A stretch of 58,479 nt of DNA from a virus (IMGVR_UViG_3300009537_000011:1-58479), one strand, 5' to 3'; positions 1 through 8,937 are shown, counted from the first letter of the stretch. Notes: generated from the sequence alone by a model not told the origin. Numbers and translations: made by a program.

Positions 1-99
1 GTCGAGGTATCCGGCGGGTGGTACGAGGGCAATAAGGGGGTGGCACGGGAGCGGGTAATCCTCTGGCGAGTAGACGCCGAGGCGGTACTTTTTCGGTTT
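1..99. repeat. Terminal 99-bp direct repeat (copy 1); circular-assembly overlap
   Basis: 1-99 is identical to 58381-58479, and one reading frame runs uninterrupted across the join. Confidence 0.97.
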
Positions 100-516
100 G
101 CCCGACTGTGCCCCCTGGATGTGGTACATCTGTGGGATGCGCCGGAAGTGGTGATCCGATTTCTCGAAACCGGTGACGAGGCTCTGAGGGGTGCCGCTAG
201 TTATGCCGCGGATAATGCCGCGGCGCTCGCGAGTTATGCCGCGGATAATGCCGCTAGTTATGCCGCGAATAATGCCGCGAGGGCCGCGAGTTATGCCGCA
301 AGGGCCGCGAGGGACGCCGCGAGTAATGCCGCGAGGTATGCCGCGTGGGACGCCGCGCTGGCCGCGAGTTATGCCGTGAAGAATGCCGCAAGTTATACCG
401 CGAGGGATGCCGCGAGTTATGCTACGTGGGGCGCCGCACGGGACACCCAGAGCCGCCGCCTCACCGCGATGGTATGCGCTGCGCGGAGGAAGGAGGCTGC
501 CGATGACCGAGGCTGA
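1..516 (+). CDS. 3' part of a 232-aa phage protein that starts at GTG 58198 and spans the circular join; DUF7666-like N-domain plus Ala-rich tetrapeptide repeats
   Basis: The frame is open from 58198 through the join: ...CKSGLHYSKRIIDAL..PG..CHRVEV...NKGVARER.ILW..DA...L..FAR.C.LDV.HLW.AP.VV..FL.TGDE.LR, then (AAxx)n. The ORF-track start at 40 is an artefact of the cut. Confidence 0.85.
   Translation, partial: VEVSGGWYEGNKGVARERVILWRVDAEAVLFRFARLCPLDVVHLWDAPEVVIRFLETGDEALRGAASYAADNAAALASYAADNAASYAANNAARAASYAARAARDAASNAARYAAWDAALAASYAVKNAASYTARDAASYATWGAARDTQSRRLTAMVCAARRKEAADDRG
184..440 (+). repeat. Degenerate 12-nt tandem repeat (GCCGCGAGTTAT / GCCGCGGATAAT-like) encoding AAxx tetrapeptides
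   Basis: The period-12 repeat is directly visible: AASY AADN AAAL ASYA... Confidence 0.85.
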
Positions 517-658
517 CCGGCTCGTCGTCCGGCTGCTCGCGGCGATCCTGCGTCGCCTTGTACGCGCCCGGCTCGGCGATCACTACCGCGACGCAGCCGA
601 GAGCGATCTCGCGCTGATCGACGAGGCGCTGAAGGAGGCCGACGATGAGCCTACGTAA
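503..658 (+). CDS. Small hypothetical protein (51 aa)
   Basis: AGGAGG RBS then ATG 503, overlapping the upstream gene end; ends with the array junction motif AAGGAGGCCGACGATGAG. Confidence 0.7.
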   Translation: MTEADRLVVRLLAAILRRLVRARLGDHYRDAAESDLALIDEALKEADDEPT

Positions 659-890
659 GTACGGAGCCCGCATCTGCGATGGCGGACCAGCCACCGAGTA
701 CGATGCTCTCGTCGCCGAGCGCGACGACCTTGCCCGCCAGCTCGAAGAGGCGCGGGAGGAACGGGCTGAACTGGTGAGGCTACTGAGGGGTACCGCTTTG
801 CCGGTTGGGGTTGATACCGGAGCGATTCATTCCAGAGCGATGGCGATACGAATTCTGGAGTTTCTGGGGGAGGGCGACGACGGTGGGTAG
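645..890 (+). CDS. Coiled-coil 'LARQL' array protein (81 aa)
   Basis: ERDDLARQLEEA is shared with the genes at 56824-58065; AAGGAGG RBS. Confidence 0.8.
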   Translation: MSLRKYGARICDGGPATEYDALVAERDDLARQLEEAREERAELVRLLRGTALPVGVDTGAIHSRAMAIRILEFLGEGDDGG

Positions 891-1191
891 CAACAAAGAG
901 ACGAGCGACCAAGAATATCCAACCATAACCGAGGAGGAGGAACTACGCAAGGCACCAGTACCAACCAAGAGAACGATCTCCGTTTCGTGGGACGCGCGCA
1001 GGCTCAAGCTCCTGTATCAAGACATGGAGACCCTGGGAATTCCCTACGTCTCCGAATACTTCCGAAGGCTCTTTGATCTGTACCGTGACGAGATGATGAG
1101 TCCGTACAAGATCAGACCAGAGGGCATCACACCAATACCGCCCGTCGTGCGGGCGCGAATGTCAAGGAAAAGGAAGAAGAAGAATGACTAA
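883..1191 (+). CDS. Putative ribbon-helix-helix (CopG/Arc-like) DNA-binding protein
   Basis: GTG 883 after GGGAGGG; KRTISVSW beta strand, a helix, then G..YVSEYFRRLF second helix; basic tail. Confidence 0.6.
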   Translation: MGSNKETSDQEYPTITEEEELRKAPVPTKRTISVSWDARRLKLLYQDMETLGIPYVSEYFRRLFDLYRDEMMSPYKIRPEGITPIPPVVRARMSRKRKKKND

Positions 1192-2110
1192 CACCATCGA
1201 TACCCAGAACTCACCGCCGACACAGCTCGTCGGCGTCAACGTCCTCGTCGCTACCAAGCAAATCGTCAGCGACGTCGTTCGCCGGGTCCTCCAGGAGGGC
1301 GTCCACTACGGGACCATTCCTGGCACAAAGAATCCGACCCTCTACAAGCCGGGCGCAGAGGCTCTCTTCTGCGCCCTCGGTGTCGCCCCGATGCTCGAAG
1401 TCGAGGATCTCTCTCTGGACCCGCGAGACGAGGTGCGAATTCGCGTTCTGTCTAGCGCCGTCTTCCGCAACACCGGGATCACACTGGCCCAGGGTGTCGG
1501 AGAATGCTCCAGCGACGAGGAGCGGTACAAGTGGCGCTCCGCGGTCTGCGACGAGGAGTACGAGGAGACGTCCCCGGAGCTTCGGCGGATCAAATACAAG
1601 AACAAGCGGGGAGGGGGCTTCTACACGGTCAAGCAGATCAGGACAAACCCGTCCGACTTGGCTAACACCATCCTGAAGATGGCGAAGAAGCGATCACTGG
1701 TCGATCTCGCGCTGACCGTGTCGGCTGCCTCTGACACGTTCACGCAAGACATCGAAGACCTGCCGGACTATGCGCAGGACGAGATCAAGAAGAAGGGCTA
1801 CTCGAAGCCACGCGAGTCGAAGCCTTCGCCGCCGGTCTCGGACGTTTCCGTCCCGGACCTCTTTGGCGAAATCGACAAGTCCCTGTTCCAGGAGGCTGCC
1901 AGCAAGTGGCATGACAAGGGTCACATCAGCGGAAAGCAGGAGGGTCGGCTGTTCGCGATCGCCCGAAGCAACGGATGGGAAGAGACCGAGGTGCGCGAAT
2001 GCGTGAAGCTCTTCGTCGACATGGACGTCTCCGACATTCCGTGGGGTGGCCCGTACGACGCCATCGTGTCGATCTTTGAGGAGTGCTCTCCACGAAGGGC
2101 CGGGGCCTAG
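1184..2110 (+). CDS. Putative phage single-strand annealing/recombination protein
   Basis: GVHYGTIPGTKNPTLYKPGAE, G.GECSS.E and NTILKMAKKR motifs of a common phage family found beside exonucleases; adjacent to a PD-(D/E)XK nuclease. The function is inferred. Confidence 0.65.
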   Translation: MTNTIDTQNSPPTQLVGVNVLVATKQIVSDVVRRVLQEGVHYGTIPGTKNPTLYKPGAEALFCALGVAPMLEVEDLSLDPRDEVRIRVLSSAVFRNTGITLAQGVGECSSDEERYKWRSAVCDEEYEETSPELRRIKYKNKRGGGFYTVKQIRTNPSDLANTILKMAKKRSLVDLALTVSAASDTFTQDIEDLPDYAQDEIKKKGYSKPRESKPSPPVSDVSVPDLFGEIDKSLFQEAASKWHDKGHISGKQEGRLFAIARSNGWEETEVRECVKLFVDMDVSDIPWGGPYDAIVSIFEECSPRRAGA

Positions 2111-2754
2111 CCATTCTCGTCTCGAACATCAGGATCACCGAAGACCACGAGTACCTGGCTGACGTCGAAATGCACGGTGGCGCCATCGTCACCGTGCGCC
2201 TTCCGTCTGTGACCACCATCGTTGACGACGCCGGTCTCCGACCTTTGTACGAGGGAGTTCCGGCTGGTGTTCTAAAGAGGGCCGGAGAGCGGGGGGCCGT
2301 CGTTCACAGGTGCATCGAGCTGGACTTGATGGGCAACCTGGACGACACTTCGATCGACCCGGAACTACAGGGATACATCGACTCGTGGAGGCTCTGGAGA
2401 CAGAAGCGGGAGATTGAAGTGCTCCTCCTTGAGGTCCCCATTGTCTACCCGAAGAAGCAGTTCGCCGGTACCCCGGACCTCTTCTGCAACCTCGACGGTA
2501 AATGGCACCTGATCGACTTCAAGACCAGGGACCCGGTCGAGGGCGACGGCGAGCAGCTCGTGGGCTACGTTCATCTAGTCTGTCATCATTTGCACAGGTG
2601 GCAGCTACTGAGAAAGTGTCACCTTGCGGTACTGAGTCTCGACAAGTCCGGCGATGAGGCATCGCTCCGTCGCTACGAGTTTGGAAGGCACTGCGATCAG
2701 TGGGACGCCGCGCTCAGATTATGGTGGACACGAAGGGAAAGGCGTCTGCTATGA
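2083..2754 (+). CDS. PD-(D/E)XK exonuclease (Cas4/lambda-exo-like); start uncertain
   Basis: RLPSVTTI, ERG..VH, E..I....FAGTPDL...LIDFKT and QL.GY motifs. Confidence 0.85.
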   Translation: MLSTKGRGLAILVSNIRITEDHEYLADVEMHGGAIVTVRLPSVTTIVDDAGLRPLYEGVPAGVLKRAGERGAVVHRCIELDLMGNLDDTSIDPELQGYIDSWRLWRQKREIEVLLLEVPIVYPKKQFAGTPDLFCNLDGKWHLIDFKTRDPVEGDGEQLVGYVHLVCHHLHRWQLLRKCHLAVLSLDKSGDEASLRRYEFGRHCDQWDAALRLWWTRRERRLL

Positions 2755-3323
2755 TTGATGTCCCGACAGTCGATGAGACCACATCGGCCCGAGCAGAGGC
2801 TCTCGTAGAAGGTGCTCAAGACATCATCAGCGTCGACGTTTCCAGTTGGGCGCCAGAAGACTACGAAAAGGCCCTGAGGATGCTCCGGGCGATACGCAAG
2901 ACGACGAAGGTGGTATCGGACACCTTCGTTCCGATCAAGCGTGACGCCGACAGGCTAAAGAAGACGATCCTCTCGCAGGAGAGGCGCCTGGTCGTCCCGC
3001 TAAAGGAGGTCGACAGGGCTATCTCCGAGATGGTGCGGGTGTACCTTGCTGACAGTGCGGCACGGCACGCCGCCGCGTCGGCGGCATTCATGGAAGCCAC
3101 CGGATCGGATCTTCCGTCCCCGGTAGAGAAGAGCGAGGTTCACGTAGAAGGCGTGAGCTTCAGAACGCAGTGGAGGTGGGAGGTGGAGAACTTCTCCATG
3201 GTTCCTCGACGATACCTGACGACCGACGATCGAAAGATCTCGGACGAGGTGAGGAGACTCAAGGGCGAAGTCGACATCCCCGGCATCAGGTCATGGTCCG
3301 AGAAGATTCCGGTTGCCAGATAG
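2751..3323 (+). CDS. Conserved phage coiled-coil protein of the recombination module
   Basis: ATGA overlap with the nuclease gene; helical N-part and C-terminal GVSFRTQW.WEV.N...VPR.YL..D...I......G...IPGI pattern typical of phage genes next to recombinases. Confidence 0.75.
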   Translation: MIDVPTVDETTSARAEALVEGAQDIISVDVSSWAPEDYEKALRMLRAIRKTTKVVSDTFVPIKRDADRLKKTILSQERRLVVPLKEVDRAISEMVRVYLADSAARHAAASAAFMEATGSDLPSPVEKSEVHVEGVSFRTQWRWEVENFSMVPRRYLTTDDRKISDEVRRLKGEVDIPGIRSWSEKIPVAR

Positions 3324-3326
3324 AGT

Positions 3327-3356
3327 CTGGCCCAGCCGTGTTACCGGCTGGGCCAG
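3327..3356. other. 12-bp-stem hairpin between the recombination and replication genes
   Basis: CTGGCCCAGCCG-TGTTAC-CGGCTGGGCCAG (6-nt spacer as written, further G-C pairing possible); no U-tract. Confidence 0.6.
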
Positions 3357-3435
3357 GGGTGTCTGGTAACCGTCCAGACTGGGACCGAGGAGGCCACGTT
3401 TCCCCCCTCACGCAAAAAGGAAGGAATCGACGTCC

Positions 3436-4332
3436 ATGAGTTTACACGCTCGACCCTGGGCTTTTCAAGTCCAAAATGAAGTCGAGGTCACAATGGCCGA
3501 GAAATTCGCCCTTGTCTGCCTCGCCAACTACTGCCAGCAAGACGGCAGGAGCACGCCGACAATCTCTGAAATCAGCTTCATGATGTCCGCGTCACGGAAG
3601 ACCGTGAAGCGGGCGTTGCAGTCCCTCGAAGAGAAGGGCCTCATCAGGCGCGAGGCGCACTTCACCGAGAGCGGGCGACAGACATCGAATACCTACTACC
3701 TCGCCCTCAACGAGGAGATCAAGCGAAGGAACAAGGCATTCGAAGACGAGGAGAAGGCGCACGAAGAGGGGGGAGGGGGTCATCCTGACCCCCCTCCCCA
3801 ATTTGGGGAGGGGGGAGGGGGTCATCCTGACCCCCCCATTAAGAGTATGTATTCTGAAGATAAGACTTCTTCTCTCCGTACTTCGTACTCCGAGAAGAAG
3901 GCGGCGTTCGCCGCCGTCTTGGACGCCTCCGGGAAGACACCGAAGGCACGGCCGCCATCCAGGCGGCAAACCTTCTCGGAGTGCCGGTCCATCGTTTTGG
4001 AGGCGTTCGCTGCTGCGGAGATAGAAACCGCACCGACAATCCCCATCATCAACAAGTGGATCAAGAAGCTGGGAACCGACCCGTCCGGCGTAGAGAAATT
4101 CATGGATTCCATTGTCGCCAGGCTTTCGACGGTTTCCGACCCGATCGTGTTCGTTCACAAGTGTGTCGACAACCAGGCAAGGGGTATCGGTCCGACAAAG
4201 AAGCGGCGCGGATTCAGGAGGCCCCTCGGAAAGCAGGAAGATCACACGATCGACGCCGTCATTGCCAAGATGAAGGCGTGCGGTGATGAAAAGAGCCTCC
4301 TGTCGCTGAAACGGGCAGGGTTCCCGGTATGA
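3436..4332 (+). CDS. Replication initiator protein (N-terminal winged HTH, lambda O-like organisation)
   Basis: EKFALVCLANY...PTISEIS....SRKTVKRALQSLEEKGLIRRE...GRQTSNTYYL (HTH_36-like); internal iterons; directly upstream of DnaB. Confidence 0.88.
   Translation: MSLHARPWAFQVQNEVEVTMAEKFALVCLANYCQQDGRSTPTISEISFMMSASRKTVKRALQSLEEKGLIRREAHFTESGRQTSNTYYLALNEEIKRRNKAFEDEEKAHEEGGGGHPDPPPQFGEGGGGHPDPPIKSMYSEDKTSSLRTSYSEKKAAFAAVLDASGKTPKARPPSRRQTFSECRSIVLEAFAAAEIETAPTIPIINKWIKKLGTDPSGVEKFMDSIVARLSTVSDPIVFVHKCVDNQARGIGPTKKRRGFRRPLGKQEDHTIDAVIAKMKACGDEKSLLSLKRAGFPV
3766..3835. repeat. Candidate replication origin: two 28-bp iterons at a 42-bp period
   Basis: GAGGGGGGAGGGGGTCATCCTGACCCCC at 3766 and 3808; each contains the palindrome GGGGGTCA-TCC-TGACCCCC; located inside the initiator gene, as in lambda O. 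Confidence 0.8.
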
Positions 4333-5582
4333 ACGACGAAAAAATGGCCGTGGGCGCGCTTCTTCGGTTCCCCGATCTCCTAGAGGCGTGTGGCCTCATA
4401 CCGTCGGACTTTCGGGACGAAGAGGCGCGCTCTATTTTCACCGCCGTCGGCGACTCCGAGCGGAACGACTCTGGCATGGCGATACCCGACTCGGTCGCGG
4501 TGCTGTCCAAGCAGTCGGCGTCGATCGTCCTCGACTACCCGTACGCACCGAATCTCGAAGCGGCCCGCCTCAGGCTGAAGAAGATGAGGCAGGAGCGGCT
4601 TCACGAGTCGGTTCGTGGGCACCTGAAGAAGTTTGCAGCGCGCCGGGCCACCGGAGACCTCCCCGGTACGGAGCTGATCGAGGACGTCCGAAGGCTAATG
4701 GAGCAGCTCAGGGACTCAGAGCGTGAAGCGTCCTTGCCTACGATGTACGAGATTATCGGGGACTTTGTGTCCGAGCGGAGGATGAAGGGCGACGCCAACG
4801 CCGACATGAGGTTCGGACTTCCGTCGCTCGACAGGATGATCGGCGGGGTCCACCCTGGGGAGCTGTTGACGATCTGTTCTCGACCTGGGGAGGGAAAGAC
4901 GACCCTGGCCCTACAGCTGTCACTACAGTGGGCGAAAGACGGACTGACCGGCGTCTACTTCTCCGCTGAGATGTCATCCAGGGACATCGGCGAGAAGATG
5001 TCCTACCGTGCCGCAAGGGTCCCGACCATCGGAAAACTCCAGGATGAGGACCTTGAGAGGGTGCTCGAAAAGTCCCACGATCAGAAGGATCTGCTCGCCA
5101 GGGTCAAGGTGGCCGACGTGCCGTCGTTGACGATCGAGAGGATCGGCGCGTCCCTACGAAGCGAAGTCGAAAAGGGTGCCGGGTTCTTCATCGTTGACAA
5201 CCTGAAGCACGTAGACAAGCACAGCAGGGAGAAGGAGCCAGAAAGACTTGCGAAGGCCGTCAGGGACCTACGTGCGCTGGCGAAGGAGATGTCGATACCG
5301 TGCGTCATCCTTCATCACCTCAATCGCCAAGCGGAGTATGCTGAAGACAACGAAGTGCCGCACATGGGCTGGGTCAAGGGGAGCGGAGGGATCGAAGAGG
5401 AATCCGACATTCTCCTGTTTCTCGAAGGGTCACCACATGACAGCTTCGAGGGGATGAACGTCAACGGTGTAGGCTCTGTGTGGATAGTGAAGTCGCGCAG
5501 AACCGGGTGCAGGGGCCCGTGTATCCGGCTGCTGTTCGACAAGGAGTCCCAGACGTTCCGCGAACGGAAATCGAGCATATGA
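4329..5582 (+). CDS. dnaB: DnaB-like replicative helicase
   Basis: LDRMIGG.HPGEL..I.SRPGEGKT Walker A, FSAEMS, IVDNL Walker B, HLNR, KGSGGIEEESD, K.R arginine finger. Confidence 0.93.
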   Translation: MNDEKMAVGALLRFPDLLEACGLIPSDFRDEEARSIFTAVGDSERNDSGMAIPDSVAVLSKQSASIVLDYPYAPNLEAARLRLKKMRQERLHESVRGHLKKFAARRATGDLPGTELIEDVRRLMEQLRDSEREASLPTMYEIIGDFVSERRMKGDANADMRFGLPSLDRMIGGVHPGELLTICSRPGEGKTTLALQLSLQWAKDGLTGVYFSAEMSSRDIGEKMSYRAARVPTIGKLQDEDLERVLEKSHDQKDLLARVKVADVPSLTIERIGASLRSEVEKGAGFFIVDNLKHVDKHSREKEPERLAKAVRDLRALAKEMSIPCVILHHLNRQAEYAEDNEVPHMGWVKGSGGIEEESDILLFLEGSPHDSFEGMNVNGVGSVWIVKSRRTGCRGPCIRLLFDKESQTFRERKSSI

Positions 5583-6010
5583 AGTATTTCGATCCCGAGG
5601 ATCAGGGCATCGACACGTTCAGGGCGACGATGGAGGCGTTCTTCCTATTCGACAGGGAGATCCTACTTTCGGCGCTGCAAGAGGTGTCCCCGGAGCATCT
5701 GGAACAGTACGAGAAGAATGTCTCCATGTACGTTGATGAGAAGGGCTTCGCGAACGAGTCCGTGAAATTCGAGATGTTCTGGGACGCCCTCCAGGGCATG
5801 CGCGATGAGATGAGCGAGGTCGCTGCGTGGAAGCGGGAGATCGAGTGGCGCCGGGCAGTAGCAGAGCACGAGCGGTACATGCGCAAGAGCTACCACGAGT
5901 CAATGAAGACGCTGATGGAGATGGCGGCAGATAACCCAGAAGAGGCGGCAGACCTCATCGAGATGCTAGAGATCGTCCATGAACCGTACGCACATTCTGG
6001 AAAGGGGTGA
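5579..6010 (+). CDS. Hypothetical acidic helical protein (143 aa)
   Basis: ATGA overlap with the helicase stop; phage-like codon usage. Confidence 0.7.
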   Translation: MKYFDPEDQGIDTFRATMEAFFLFDREILLSALQEVSPEHLEQYEKNVSMYVDEKGFANESVKFEMFWDALQGMRDEMSEVAAWKREIEWRRAVAEHERYMRKSYHESMKTLMEMAADNPEEAADLIEMLEIVHEPYAHSGKG

Positions 6011-6056
6011 CGCCTTTGGAGGTGTAAAAAGCGAGCGTTATGTCAAAGCTAGGATT

Positions 6057-6158
6057 TAGGGGCACCCCCGTCAGCGACGAAGACAACTTGAAGCCCGTTC
6101 TTTGGTTATTGAGTATTCAAGAGTCGGATATCCGTTGGAGCAACCGGGGGTGCCCCTA
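6057..6158 (+). promoter_or_regulatory. 14-bp perfect inverted repeat whose right arm covers the RBS/start of the 6158 gene
   Basis: TAGGGGCACCCCCG (6057-6070) / CGGGGGTGCCCCTA (6145-6158); inner CTTGAA/TTCAAG pair. Confidence 0.65.
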
Positions 6159-7009
6159 TGTCTGAAAGTCTCGACATCAAGTACATCAACCTGAGTGACG
6201 CGATCCCGTGGGACGACAACCCAAAAGACCATGACATTGGCGCGCTCATACGCTCCATGGAGCGGTACGGCTTCAAGGATGCCCCGATCTACGACGAGAC
6301 CAAGGGTTGCGTCATAGCCGGAAACGGTCGCATCATCGCGCTCAAGGTGATGCGAGACGACGGGATGGACCCACCTCGCGGCGTCGTCGAGGAAGAGGGG
6401 GACTGGAAGATACCGATTCAGTTCGGTATCGACGCGACGAGCCCGGAGGAGGCCGAGGCTTTCGGCATCGATCACAACAACATCACCATTCTCGGCGGAA
6501 ACGTGAGCATAGACGCGGTGATGGCGATATGGAATGAGAGGCAGCTGAAAACCGTGCTAGACAGGGTAGCGGAGAAGGGGGTCATGCCGATCTCTCTGGA
6601 TTGGGACGACTACTCGGCGATGAGGTCCGAGGGCGACGGTGCCCAGCCCGACCTGGTTCCGAGTGGCTCTCCGAGTCTGAAGGAGGGCGAGAGCCTTCTG
6701 GCGCTGTCCACAACGCTCAAGCCGCCGAGACACAGCGTCCGGCATGGCGACGTGTTCGTCTTGAACAACCGACACATGTTGGCGGTCATGTCGCCGATCG
6801 ATGACCACCAGGGGTGGGTGCCGCTCTTGTCTGCGGAGGCGAGACCGATCGATCTGTTCTGCCCGTTTCCGGGGCCATACGTATCGTTATCGGAAGAGGC
6901 GAAGATCAAGAGCCTGCTCCTCGTGCAACCCGACACGTTCATAGCCGGTCACATTCTCGACAATTACGAGGCGGTCCACGGGGCCACCGCGATAGCGAAG
7001 CTCCCGTGA
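6158..7009 (+). CDS. ParB/Srx-like N-terminal domain protein with a degenerate methylase-like C-terminal part
   Basis: PWDDNPKDH..GALIRSMERYGF..APIYD....VIAGNGR..AL (ParB-N); later V.HGDVFVL..RH.L resembles the linker of ParB-MTase fusions, but no DPPY or F.G.G motifs follow. Confidence 0.8.
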   Translation: MSESLDIKYINLSDAIPWDDNPKDHDIGALIRSMERYGFKDAPIYDETKGCVIAGNGRIIALKVMRDDGMDPPRGVVEEEGDWKIPIQFGIDATSPEEAEAFGIDHNNITILGGNVSIDAVMAIWNERQLKTVLDRVAEKGVMPISLDWDDYSAMRSEGDGAQPDLVPSGSPSLKEGESLLALSTTLKPPRHSVRHGDVFVLNNRHMLAVMSPIDDHQGWVPLLSAEARPIDLFCPFPGPYVSLSEEAKIKSLLLVQPDTFIAGHILDNYEAVHGATAIAKLP

Positions 7010-7794
7010 CGACGGGATACCTCAAGGTTGGCATGGAGCACGTCTCCAGCGCCGCCCTATCGTGTAAGCACCTGTGCATCTCGGCTGACGAACTGACGAA
7101 GGGTTACGAGTTCCCCCCGGAGCTGGACATAGGTGGCGTCCTGCTGTACTCGGGCTCGAACGCCCTCGTCACGGGGGCCATGGGTCCAGACGATTCGTTC
7201 GATGAGGTAAGGCGCAGGGACCTTGCCTCATTCGACGGGTGGGAGGAGATGCTTCATCAATATCGAGACGTTCTGGATAGATACCCGGAGCGCGCTGCGG
7301 CCATAGAGGTGGACCTCGGAGATTTCTCGTCGCGTGCGAGGTCCAGGGAGGCGCTCTCCCGACGAGGCGTCACGCCCATCTGGAGGCCATTCGACGATAC
7401 AGAGCAGCAGTTCGACGAGCTGGCCAGTGAGCACGGGGCCGTGGCGGTCGCTCCGATGGTGGGGCTTCACAGGGCGATGAGGGCAGCAATCCTCGGTTGG
7501 GTGCAGCGGAAAAGCAGGGAGGTCAAGGTTCGTGTACACTTGATGGGTGCCCATCCCAGCGATCTCCTCGTGGCTTTCCCCCCAGACAGCTATGACACGA
7601 CGTCGTGGATGTCGTCGGTGAAGTGGGATGGGCACACTCCTCGGGTCTGCATGAAAAGGTTCAGTCGTCTTGACAGGTCATTCCACTACGCAGTCGGCGA
7701 CGGCAGGCAGTGGAGCACCGGTGTGGCGATGGGCGCGTTCGGAGCATCGCTTCAGGCGCGATTCCTCGGAGGGGTGAAGGAGAGGTTCAAGTGA
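7006..7794 (+). CDS. tRNA-guanine-transglycosylase (TGT/DpdA)-fold protein with a divergent active site
   Basis: GTGA overlap; IEVD, P.W, VHLMG and SYDTTSW match phage DpdA/TGT-like motifs; the expected DSG motif reads YSG. Confidence 0.7.
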   Translation: MTTGYLKVGMEHVSSAALSCKHLCISADELTKGYEFPPELDIGGVLLYSGSNALVTGAMGPDDSFDEVRRRDLASFDGWEEMLHQYRDVLDRYPERAAAIEVDLGDFSSRARSREALSRRGVTPIWRPFDDTEQQFDELASEHGAVAVAPMVGLHRAMRAAILGWVQRKSREVKVRVHLMGAHPSDLLVAFPPDSYDTTSWMSSVKWDGHTPRVCMKRFSRLDRSFHYAVGDGRQWSTGVAMGAFGASLQARFLGGVKERFK

Positions 7795-8117
7795 GTGTCG
7801 AAGAATACGACGACTTCATCAGGGGCCAAGTTGAGATGGTGCAAATGACACGAGACGAAGTCTCCACGATCATTCTCGGCGGGACCATCATTGCCGGTCG
7901 GGAGATGAACGAAGAAGAGATTGCGTCCACCGTAGGGTCGGCTCGGCTGTTCGTCGCCCTCGGCAGGCTCGTGACCGGGATCGTAGAGGGGAAGCTGATG
8001 ATGCTGGTCACAGACGGAGAAATGACCATAGCCGAGGCGACGGAAGAATACAGACAGTGCGCGGGGTCTGGCATAGCGGAGAAGATTGACGACTGGCTCG
8101 GATTGGTGGCAAACTAG
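7791..8117 (+). CDS. Hypothetical protein (108 aa)
   Basis: GTGA overlap, GGAGAGG RBS; followed by a terminator. Confidence 0.7.
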   Translation: MSVEEYDDFIRGQVEMVQMTRDEVSTIILGGTIIAGREMNEEEIASTVGSARLFVALGRLVTGIVEGKLMMLVTDGEMTIAEATEEYRQCAGSGIAEKIDDWLGLVAN

Positions 8118-8157
8118 AGACGACGTAGCCCACCATCGCGTCGCGGCCTTCCCATGC

Positions 8158-8196
8158 GGCCCACCTGGTTCCCCTTGCCAGGTGGGCCATTTTTTT
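8158..8196 (+). terminator. Intrinsic terminator
   Basis: GGCCCACCTGG-9 nt-CCAGGTGGGCC followed by ATTTTTTT. Confidence 0.85.
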
Positions 8197-8214
8197 ATCT
8201 GCTAGCATGAATGA

Positions 8215-8937
8215 GTGGCCAAGAGAGAGTGCGGAGCAAACCTGGCGAGCGGTAAGACCTGCAAGAGAGCCTCGGAGCCATACTCCGATCGGTGCGCCAT
8301 GCACGGCGGTCGATCACTAGCTGGCCCTGCGGCCCCGGGCTACATCGATGGTCGGGCGTCAAAGGTGATGCCGAACAGGTATTTCAAGGCTGTGAAGGCA
8401 TACCTGGCCGACCCAGACCTCATGTCCCTGAAGGAAGAGGTGGCCATTGTTTCCGCCAGGACCGAGGAGCTTCTGGCGAGGCTCTCTACCGGAGAGCACG
8501 GAGAAGTGTGGCGGGCCGCCCGGGGGGCCTTCGAGAGGCTCATGGAAGCGGCGAGACAGGGAGACGTCGAGGCACAGCAAGAATCCCTGCGCGCCCTGGA
8601 CGAGTCGATCCTTAGGGGCGAGGAGGACGAAAAGATTTGGAAAGAAATCCGCGACGTCATGCGCGACAAGGCAAACCTCGTGGACGTCCATCGCAAGCAA
8701 GAGCAGGCGCACAGGGCATATGTGACGATCGACCAGGTGACCCTGCTGGTGACGGCGATGGCAGAGATTGCTCGCGACCACATCGAAGACAGGAGGTCGC
8801 TCTCTAGCTTCATCAGGCAGCTCTACGGTATGGTCGGGTTGTGGGACGGCGCACAGCAGCCGTCCGTCGAGCGATACCTTGCAAGGCACGAAGAGAAGGC
8901 AATAGGGAGTGGAGAGGGACAACCCGCCACCGATTGA
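8215..8937 (+). CDS. terS: Terminase small subunit (HGGxSTG-type Zn-ribbon N-terminus)
   Basis: CGA...SGKTCKR......RCAMHGG.S.G motif, helical body, immediately upstream of TerL. Confidence 0.75.
   Translation: MAKRECGANLASGKTCKRASEPYSDRCAMHGGRSLAGPAAPGYIDGRASKVMPNRYFKAVKAYLADPDLMSLKEEVAIVSARTEELLARLSTGEHGEVWRAARGAFERLMEAARQGDVEAQQESLRALDESILRGEEDEKIWKEIRDVMRDKANLVDVHRKQEQAHRAYVTIDQVTLLVTAMAEIARDHIEDRRSLSSFIRQLYGMVGLWDGAQQPSVERYLARHEEKAIGSGEGQPATD

Noticed and set aside
6158-7009. Functional DNA methyltransferase
   Set aside because: No DPPY/NPPY catalytic motif or FxGxG SAM-binding motif after the ParB domain.
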